A DNA stretch of 64,000 nt, taken from an uncultured bacterium. GTDB lineage: Bacteria > Planctomycetota > SZUA-567 > JAKLDR01. Below the pieces are notes generated by a model. That model saw only the letters and a program-made list of their open reading frames with translations, did no database searches and was not told the DNA's origin. Shown piece by piece: positions 57,263 to 64,000 of the stretch. Where the stretch lies: contig CBDUSI010000002.1 in assembly GCA_965370045.1 (NCBI GenBank), positions 5,207-69,206 on the forward strand. The letters run 5' to 3'. How positions within the stretch are numbered: the first letter of the stretch is position 1; every line of letters starts with the position of its first letter. Both the position numbers and the translations under genes were made by a program.

Positions 57263-57300
57263 GCCCCGCGGCCGGAGCGGCTGCGGGGCGCTCTGCTTTT
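57263..57300 (+). terminator. Putative intrinsic terminator
   Basis: gccccgcggcc-ggagc-ggctgcggggc stem followed by ...tgctttt. Confidence 0.5.
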
Positions 57301-57324
57301 CAGTTCCCGGCAGGGAAGGTTGTT

Positions 57325-57450
57325 TCAGTCGCGGCCCAGGCTGCTGTCCAGCAGCGCCGCGGTCCCCGGATACTGCTTCCTGATCTCATGGAGCTGTCTG
57401 AGGACCACCCTGAGAGCAATAACTATCCGCTTGAACCTCTCGCCGTCCAT
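57325..57450 (-). CDS. Possible small protein (41 aa)
   Basis: MDGERFKRIVIALRVVLRQLHEIRKQYPGTAALLDSSLGRD with a GGGGAG RBS; no family recognised. Confidence 0.3.
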   Translation of the reverse strand: MDGERFKRIVIALRVVLRQLHEIRKQYPGTAALLDSSLGRD

Positions 57451-57585
57451 TGACTCCCCCCCTGCTCAACGCCGTATCTCCATTTTATCGACTTGGGGTT
57501 CCGGGAACATGAGTCCATTTAGGAGATTCCGTCGGGGCCTTTCGGGAAATCCGGGAAGGGCGCTTACGCGGACGCGCGGGCCCGG

Positions 57586-58257
57586 CTACGAAGTGATCGC
57601 CTTGACCGTGTCGCCGGAGATCATGCGGATGAGCCGGGCGGTCTTCTCGTCGGTCATGACGATCAACTGCAGACCCGCTTCCGACGCCTCGGCGTTCAGC
57701 CTGACCAGCTCGCCGATGATCAGGCTGGCCATGTTGCGGACCTCGCGGAGGTCCGCGAACAGTCTGGGCTGGCCGGTCTCCAGCAGGCGCCGGCAGGCGG
57801 CCTCGAAGGCGGGACGCTCCGGGGTGTAGAGGTTGTAGCAGCGCACCTTCAAGGTGGCCGAGCCACGCTCCGCGGACGTGGACACTTCGAAGCGTTCGTC
57901 CTGGGGCTCTTCGCTGGCTCTGATCGCGACGGCTACTTGGCTGTCGCCGACCGGCGCGCGCTTCTTCATGGGTTTGGGCTCGGGGGGCAGGTCTTCCGCG
58001 ACGGGCTCGGTTACGCCCTCGGTGGCCGCGGCGCGTTTGTCCAGGGCCGCCTGGACGGCCCGGGCCTTCTGCTCGTCGATATGCCCCCTGGCAATCAGCA
58101 GGCTGGCCAGTGAGTGCCGGGGCCTGCCCGCCACTATCTCGGCGGAGAGCATCCGGCTGCATTCCACGACGTCATTGAGGCTCAGGAACTCGTTGAAAAG
58201 GGCCATCCGGGCGAAGAGGTCGTCCTCCGGAGTGAGCGCGCTGCCTTCGGCCGTCAC
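57586..58257 (-). CDS. STAS-like domain protein with an N-terminal helical (MshEN-like) domain
   Basis: LFARMAL...FLS...SLASLLIARGHI N-terminus; C-terminal LFADLREVRNMASLIIGELV STAS-like motif. Confidence 0.65.
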   Translation of the reverse strand: MTAEGSALTPEDDLFARMALFNEFLSLNDVVECSRMLSAEIVAGRPRHSLASLLIARGHIDEQKARAVQAALDKRAAATEGVTEPVAEDLPPEPKPMKKRAPVGDSQVAVAIRASEEPQDERFEVSTSAERGSATLKVRCYNLYTPERPAFEAACRRLLETGQPRLFADLREVRNMASLIIGELVRLNAEASEAGLQLIVMTDEKTARLIRMISGDTVKAITS

Positions 58258-58351
58258 GATACGTTTCCTCCTGGCGTCACTGGCGTGTATTGTCCCGACG
58301 CGGCTCCCGAACGCAAGGGCAGCCCGGGTGTCATGCAGCGCGCAATCCCCT

Positions 58352-59323
58352 TTACTGCTGCAAGTCGAGCAACTGCCCGGCGGCCTCGGCCAGCCGCGCG
58401 GGAGTGAGGTCTTCCATACCCACCGGCGCGACGGGCCCCAGCGGGGCCCACAGCTCCGGGTCGGTGGGTCCGAAGACCGCCAGACCCTCGGCCCCGGCCC
58501 AGGCGGCCAGGTGGCTCAGGCCCGAGTCGTTGCCGAGGTAGAGGTCGCAGGCCGCGAACAGCGCGGCCAGATCCGGAATCGACCAGCACTCGGAAATCGT
58601 GCAGTCAACGTCGCGAAAGGCCGCGCGCACTTCGGGCCTCTCTATCTCCGCGGGGCCCAGCACCAGTTTGACGTGCGTTTCGCTCTCGGCGGCCAGCAGT
58701 TGACAGGCTTTCGCGAAGCGCGCCGCCGGCCAGCATTTCTCCACCGACCCCGAGCCGGGGGCCACCGCGACGCGCCGGCCGGGCCGCGCGGCCCAGGCGG
58801 CGGCGTCACCAGCCACGTTCAGGGGCGGCAGGGGCGGGGACTCCGGGCGGCTGAAGTCACCCGCGGCGGGGGCCCTCACCCCGGAGAGTTCCAGGGGCTC
58901 GGCTTCCAGGTCGATGTCCAGGGCTTCCGCGGTGCGCGCCAGGAGCTGCTCGGCAACGTGCCCCGCGCCGGGCTCCGGCCAGGTGTCGACTGAAGCCGTG
59001 GTCGGCACGCCCGCCTTTCCGGCGCGCTCGGCGATCTCACCGCCGCCGCCGGCCCCGAAGGCCACCAGCGCGGCGACGTCTTCGAAGAGGCCGTCCCGCT
59101 CCATGGCGTCGACGAACAGGGCGGCCAGCTCCGGCGACTCGTAGGGCCGGGTCTCGCGGAACAGGCCGGAGAGCCGGCCCACCCGGCAGCCCGGCGGGGA
59201 GGCCGCCAGGGCGAGGGAGAGGTCCTCGAACTCGCGGCGGATCAGCGCGAAGGCCGGCAGGGAGACGATCGCATCGCCCAGCGCGCCGGGGCGCAGTACC
59301 AGGCACCGGGTCCGGCCGTTCAT
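58352..59323 (-). CDS. Glycosyltransferase family 9 protein
   Basis: RPGALGD, PGSGS..KCWP, GNDSG.SHLAA and FGPTDP motifs. Confidence 0.88.
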   Translation of the reverse strand: MNGRTRCLVLRPGALGDAIVSLPAFALIRREFEDLSLALAASPPGCRVGRLSGLFRETRPYESPELAALFVDAMERDGLFEDVAALVAFGAGGGGEIAERAGKAGVPTTASVDTWPEPGAGHVAEQLLARTAEALDIDLEAEPLELSGVRAPAAGDFSRPESPPLPPLNVAGDAAAWAARPGRRVAVAPGSGSVEKCWPAARFAKACQLLAAESETHVKLVLGPAEIERPEVRAAFRDVDCTISECWSIPDLAALFAACDLYLGNDSGLSHLAAWAGAEGLAVFGPTDPELWAPLGPVAPVGMEDLTPARLAEAAGQLLDLQQ

Positions 59324-59920
59324 CTACCTGGTGTGGGTCAGCGCCCGGCGGATGATCTCGCCGGCCTCGGTGCCGGCGCCCAGTTCGCCGAGGGCGCGCC
59401 CTGCGGCGGCCTCGGCCTCGGGGCGCTTGTAGCCCAGGGCCACCAGCGCGTCGACGGCGTCCTCAGCGGCCTCGGTGGGCAGCCTCCGCGCGGCGGCGTC
59501 GGAGCCGGGGGCGCCGAATTCCTCGACCTTGCCGCGGAGCTCCAGGGCGATGCGATCGGCCTTCTTGGTGCCCAGGCCCTTCACCCGTTTGAGAGCGGCG
59601 ACGTTGCTGGTCCTGACCGCCTCGGCCAGCTCCGCGGGGCGCATGGCCGAGAGCACGGACAGCGCCAGGTTGGCACCCACGCCGTTCACGGAGATGAGCG
59701 CGCCGAAGACCTCGCGCTCGGCGGCGTCGGCGAAGCCGACCAGTTCCTGGGCGTCCTCGCGGACCAGTAACCGGGCCAGCAGCCGGCACTCGGCGCCGGG
59801 CTCGGGGAGCTTTTCGAAGGTGGCCAGCGAGATGCGCAGGAAGTAGCCCACGCCGCCGGCCTCGATGACCGCGCCGGCCGGCGTTTTCCTGACCAGTTTA
59901 CCGCGGACGTGATCGAACAC
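59324..59920 (-). CDS. ruvA: Holliday junction branch migration protein RuvA
   Basis: GTG start MFDHVRGKL; GGVGY, VRED, SVNGVG, G.G.KKA.RI.LEL and ALVALGY motifs. Confidence 0.95.
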   Translation of the reverse strand: MFDHVRGKLVRKTPAGAVIEAGGVGYFLRISLATFEKLPEPGAECRLLARLLVREDAQELVGFADAAEREVFGALISVNGVGANLALSVLSAMRPAELAEAVRTSNVAALKRVKGLGTKKADRIALELRGKVEEFGAPGSDAAARRLPTEAAEDAVDALVALGYKRPEAEAAAGRALGELGAGTEAGEIIRRALTHTR

Positions 59921-59942
59921 GGTGCTTCCCGACGGAGCCGCG

Positions 59943-61271
59943 CTACTGGTCGCTCTTGAGGCTGAGGTTCTGCTCGACCAGCTTAACGCGCAACTCACGC
60001 AGCGAAGTCTGGCCGAAGTTCTTGACGCTGAGGAGCTCCTTCTCGCTGTGGCTGACCAGGTCGGCGATGGTCACGATGCCCAGGCGCTGCATGCAGCTTC
60101 TGCCGCGCACCGAGAGCCCCAGGTCGGCGATGGGCCGGTTGAGCAGCGGGTTGTCGCTGCCGGGACCCATGCGCCCGCGCTGGCGGCGGCGGCGCTCCTC
60201 GTCGCGACCCAGGCCCAGGTAGAGACTCTTGGCGGCGAGCAGGTCCTTGATCTCCTGGAGGCTGGTGTCCCCGAAGTTCTTGTGGGCCAGGAGGTCGTCC
60301 TCACTGTGGCGGATGAGGTCGCCGAGGGCCCTGATTCCCAGGCGGGCCAGGCAGTTGCGGCTGCGCACCGAGAGCTCGAAGTCGTTGAGCGGGGTGCGCA
60401 GCAGCATCTCCATGCGCTCCTGCTCCTTCTCCTGGGCCTCGTCGTAGTACATCTCGGTGGAGGCCACCGCGTCGGAGAGGTACAGGCGGACGCGCTCGTT
60501 GGTGGGGGAGAGCTTGAGGGCCTGTTCGAAGCAGGCGATGGCCTCGTTGAAGCGGCTGTTCTCGTCGTGGAGCAGCCCCAGGTTGGTCAGCGCGTTGGCG
60601 AAGATGCTGGACTCTCCGGCCACGCGCTTGTAGCGCTCGGCGGCCGGCTCCTCGTGGCCGCGGAGGTCGAGTATCCAGGCGCTGCGGAAGTTGGCTCCGG
60701 GGAGTTCGGGGTCGGCGGCCAGGGCTTCCTCGTAGAGGTCCAGGGCCTTCTGCTGGTCGCCCTCCTCTTCGGCCATGAGCCCCTGGACGTAGAGGGCTTC
60801 GGGGGCCTTGGACTTCTTGGCGGCCTTGACGGCCTTGGCGGCGGCCGCAGCGGCCTCCTCGGAGCGGCCCAGGCGTTGCAGGCACTCGGCGCGCCTGGCC
60901 AGGTCGACGGCCGGCTCCGCGGCGCTCTCGGCGGACTGCTCGAAGATGTCGGCGGCCTCCTTGAGGCTGTCGCGGGCCATGCGGATCTCGCCGACCAGGA
61001 AGCAGGCCAGGGGCACGTGCCGGCGGTGGTTGAGCAGCGCCTCGGCCTCCTCGTCCTGCCCCATGGCCCACAGGAAAGCGCCGTGGCGGACGGCGGCCTC
61101 TTCGGCGGGCAGGCTGGGGGCCAGGTCCCGGTCGAAGTTGGCGAGCAAGTCGCGGAGTTCCTTGCGCTCTTCGGGCGAGACGCTCAGATGGCGGCGGAGC
61201 TTGAGGGCCTGGCGGGGTCCGAATTCGGCGGCGGCCAGCCATTCAAGAAGGGGGGCGTCGGCGTTGGTCAT
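59943..61271 (-). CDS. TPR protein with two RNA polymerase alpha-CTD domains
   Basis: TPR repeats; ELSVRSRNCL...KNFGDTSLQEI and GLSVRGRSCM...KNFGQTSLREL. Confidence 0.9.
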   Translation of the reverse strand: MTNADAPLLEWLAAAEFGPRQALKLRRHLSVSPEERKELRDLLANFDRDLAPSLPAEEAAVRHGAFLWAMGQDEEAEALLNHRRHVPLACFLVGEIRMARDSLKEAADIFEQSAESAAEPAVDLARRAECLQRLGRSEEAAAAAAKAVKAAKKSKAPEALYVQGLMAEEEGDQQKALDLYEEALAADPELPGANFRSAWILDLRGHEEPAAERYKRVAGESSIFANALTNLGLLHDENSRFNEAIACFEQALKLSPTNERVRLYLSDAVASTEMYYDEAQEKEQERMEMLLRTPLNDFELSVRSRNCLARLGIRALGDLIRHSEDDLLAHKNFGDTSLQEIKDLLAAKSLYLGLGRDEERRRRQRGRMGPGSDNPLLNRPIADLGLSVRGRSCMQRLGIVTIADLVSHSEKELLSVKNFGQTSLRELRVKLVEQNLSLKSDQ

Positions 61272-61332
61272 GGGGAGTCTTCCTCCGTATGGCGCGAAAA
61301 AGGCGAGTTTTCTTACGCTTGCTGGGCGGAAG

Positions 61333-61360
61333 AGGATAGGAGGTATTGCCTACAAGTCAA
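61333..61360 (-). promoter_or_regulatory. Putative promoter of the TPR-alphaCTD/ruvA operon
   Basis: Minus strand TTGACT-N16-TATCCT. Confidence 0.45.
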
Positions 61361-61418
61361 GCACCGAAAGCCACATCCGAACATTGTCCTATTCCGGGGA
61401 CATAATACTTAATTACGC

Positions 61419-61447
61419 TTGACGCGCCCTCGCTGCGGGCCTATTCT
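61419..61447 (+). promoter_or_regulatory. Putative (near-)leaderless promoter of the transposase
   Basis: TTGACG-N17-TATTCT, 8 nt before the ATG. Confidence 0.5.
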
Positions 61448-61455
61448 CTCCCTCC

Positions 61456-62127
61456 ATGGCGCGCATTGCCAGGGTAGTGGTTCCGGGGCATCCGCATCAC
61501 GTGACGCAGCGCGGGGTGCGTTCGATGGCGGTCTTCGCCGGCGACGGCGACCGCGAGTTGTATCTGCGGCTGATGGCCAAGCAGTGCGCGCGTTTCCGGG
61601 TCGAGGTGCTGGCCTGGTGCCTGATGACTAACCACGTACACCTGGTGATGGTCCCGGAGCGCGAGGAGGGGCTGGCCGCGGCGGTGGGCGAGGCGCACAG
61701 GCGCTACACCCGGACCAGGAACTTCGCCGAGGGGGTCAGGGGCTATCTCTTTCAGGGGAGGTTCGGTTCGTGCGTGCTGGACGAGCGGCGCCTGCTGGCG
61801 GCGGCGCGCTATGCGGAGACGAACCCGGTGCGCGCCGGGATGGTGGTTCACCCGGGGGATCACAAGTGGAGCAGCGCGCGCTTTCACCTGGGGCGGCGCA
61901 AGAGAGACGCGCTGGTCGCCGACCGCACGCTGCGGGGGCTGGTGGGCGACTGGGGGGAGTTCCTCGGCGCGGATGACGGCGAGGCGGAAGAGTCCTTGCG
62001 GCGCGCGACGCGGACGGGCAGGCCGGCGGGGGACCGGCGCTTCCTGGTCCGCGTTGAGAGGTTGACCGGGCGTGAGCTCCGGCGTCGGAAACCCGGCCCG
62101 CGGCCGAAGGGGAGAAGCGGGTCCTGA
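61456..62127 (+). mobile_element. Y1/HUH transposase, REP-associated tyrosine transposase (RAYT)-like
   Basis: PHHVTQRG, WCLMTNHVHL (HUH), G.LFQGRF, Y...NPVRAG and WSSA motifs. Confidence 0.88.
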
Positions 62128-62445
62128 AACAGTCGATCAGGATAGCCCGGGTCAAGGCGCTTCCTGAGAAGGGCGACCTGGAGGCCGACCACAAGCTGCT
62201 CATGCCCGTGCTCGGGGAGATTGCCGGCGAGAGGCCCGAGGCGGTTCGCGTGGCCCCCACGACCCAGCTACGGACATTTATGTAGGCCCGTTAGGGCTGT
62301 TGGGGGGGCGAGAGGGGTGGTCCCGGGTGCCGCCCCTTCCGCCTCTGGGGGCGCGCCTTGCGCGCCGGGGCCGGCGGGCGTCAAGTGCAAAAATCGGCCC
62401 GAGAACGGGACGCACAAGTGCTTAGGGCGCCGGGTGGAAATTGCC

Positions 62446-62474
62446 TTGACAGCCCCTCGGGGTTCGGCTAGCTT
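62446..62474 (+). promoter_or_regulatory. Putative promoter for pilM
   Basis: TTGACA-N17-TAGCTT. Confidence 0.5.
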
Positions 62475-62605
62475 TCTCACGTCAGATTGAGGCCGTGCCC
62501 TGTGGGGGCCGGCCGGTTTTCGCGTATCCGCGCGAGGCGGTCGGTCACGCGGACGCACATTGTGCGTCCCCCCACACAAGGGACCGAGTCAGGGACGGGA
62601 GAACC

Positions 62606-64000
62606 ATGTTCGGAACCACAGTAGCCTGGGGCCTGGACATCGGCTCGTCGACCATTAAGGCCGTCAAGCTTCGCAAGACCGGCAGCGGCGTGGAGGTGCT
62701 CGATTTCGACGTCATTGAAATCGAGCACAGCGACGACGAGTCCTCCCGGGACATGCGCAATGCCGCGGCCATCGCCGAGCTGGCCCGCCGCAAGAAGTTC
62801 GGCGCCATCCCGGTGGTGGTCTCGGTGCCCGGCAACCAGGTCTTTTTCCGGCCCTTCAACCTGCCGGCGGTGGGCGAGCGCAAGGTGCCGGAGATCGTGC
62901 GCTACGAGGCCCGCCAGCAGGTGCCCTTCCCGCTGGAGGAGGTGGTCTGGGACTACCGCACCGCCGAGGGCGCCGGAGCCGGCGAGCTGGCCGTCAGTCT
63001 GGTGGCCATCCGCAAGGAGATCGTCGAGCGCCTGCTGTCCACCATGCGCGAGCAGGGCATGAACGTGGCCGGGTTGACCCCCAGCCCGGTGGCGGTGCTC
63101 AACTACGTGCACTACGACGTCCAGCCTCTGGAGACCAGCCTGATCCTGGACGCCGGCGCCAAGGTCACCGACTTCGTCATCCTTCACGGGGGCAGCTTCT
63201 GGTTCCGCCCCCTGCCGGTGGCCGGCGCAGACATCACCCACGTCTTCGAGCAGAAGTTCCGGATGCCCTTCGCCGAAGCCGAGAGCCTCAAGACCAAGCT
63301 GGCCGAGAGCAAGCAGTACCAGAAGATGTTCCAGGTCATCGAGCCCACCCTGCGCAGCCTGGCCGGCGAGATCCAGCGCACCAGCGGCTACTACCTGTCG
63401 CTGCAGCGCAACGTGCGCATCAACCGGATATTCGGTCTGGGCCATACCTTCCGGCTGCCGGGCATGTGCGAGTTCCTCAGCCAGAACATTGAGATGGACC
63501 TGGAGTTGATCAGCGCTCCGCAGCGCATCGCGGTCTCCGCGGCCATCGACACCACCTGGTTCGCGGAGGAGTTCCCGGGCATGGGGCCGTCTCTGGGTCT
63601 GGCGCTGCAGGGACTGGGCCTGGCCCACGTGGAGATGGGCCTGCTGCCCGAGTCGCTGGTCCGGGAGAAGCGGGCCGGCGCGCGCCGCAAGCTCTTCATC
63701 GCCGCGGCCGCGGCCATCGCCGGCCTGGTGGCCAGCGAGTACGTGGCCGCCAGGAACGAGACCGCGGGCCTCGACGGCGAGGAGGGCCGCATCGCCAAGA
63801 TGAAGAAGGTCCTCAAGGAGACGGCGGCGAGGCAGACCAAAGTTGGCAACGCTGGCCGGCTGATCAAGCCGCGCAAGGCTCAGCTGGAGCGCTGGGGCCG
63901 CATCGGCATGGAGCGCGGGCGTTACAGCGAGGTGGCCGGCAAGCTGCTCGCCAAGATGGGCGAGCACAACGCGGAGGTCAAAGCCAAGCACAGGAGTAGG
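62606..64000 (+). CDS. pilM: Type IV pilus assembly protein PilM with a fused PilN-like extension (runs off the window)
   Basis: Not in the ORF track. Manual translation gives MFGTTVAWGLDIGSSTIKAV...EIVRYEARQQVPFPLEEVVWDY...LGLALQGLG, then LLP, a TM helix and a coiled coil. Confidence 0.9.
   Translation, partial: MFGTTVAWGLDIGSSTIKAVKLRKTGSGVEVLDFDVIEIEHSDDESSRDMRNAAAIAELARRKKFGAIPVVVSVPGNQVFFRPFNLPAVGERKVPEIVRYEARQQVPFPLEEVVWDYRTAEGAGAGELAVSLVAIRKEIVERLLSTMREQGMNVAGLTPSPVAVLNYVHYDVQPLETSLILDAGAKVTDFVILHGGSFWFRPLPVAGADITHVFEQKFRMPFAEAESLKTKLAESKQYQKMFQVIEPTLRSLAGEIQRTSGYYLSLQRNVRINRIFGLGHTFRLPGMCEFLSQNIEMDLELISAPQRIAVSAAIDTTWFAEEFPGMGPSLGLALQGLGLAHVEMGLLPESLVREKRAGARRKLFIAAAAAIAGLVASEYVAARNETAGLDGEEGRIAKMKKVLKETAARQTKVGNAGRLIKPRKAQLERWGRIGMERGRYSEVAGKLLAKMGEHNAEVKAKHRSR

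Noticed and set aside
62477-63991. 504-aa minus-strand ORF
   Set aside because: Antisense to pilM, which the ORF track missed because it runs off the window.

Overview
A 64-kb high-GC bacterial chromosomal segment. The gene content suggests Planctomycetota (inference): a TPR protein with two RNAP alpha-CTD domains, a PilM-PilN fusion, an excisionase-HTH/receiver protein and a HEAT-repeat Ser/Thr kinase. The housekeeping core is aspC-greA-pheA-aroF, tpiA-secG-yicC-gmk-rpoZ-coaC-coaB-dut-uppP-ftsK, lnt, waaF, ruvA and pilM. Accessory content: (1) a ~190-nt structured non-coding element with compensatory base changes, present at the 3' end of an orphan HTH gene with a perfect sigma70 promoter (31.9-32.8 kb) and again as a stand-alone tandem array (8.9-9.5 kb); (2) a lipase-lipase-lipoprotein-lnt cluster containing a lipoprotein built of 20 amphipathic 18-residue repeats; (3) four tandem mosaic pilin/DUF2950-like genes; (4) a low-GC type IIG restriction-modification gene; (5) a ~1,980-aa repeat surface protein translationally coupled to a gingipain-family (C25) peptidase; (6) a RAYT/Y1 transposase whose upstream motif recurs 54 kb away at the edge of a low-GC gene. 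No rRNA, tRNA or CRISPR array was recognised. All family assignments come from motif recognition by eye, not from database searches.
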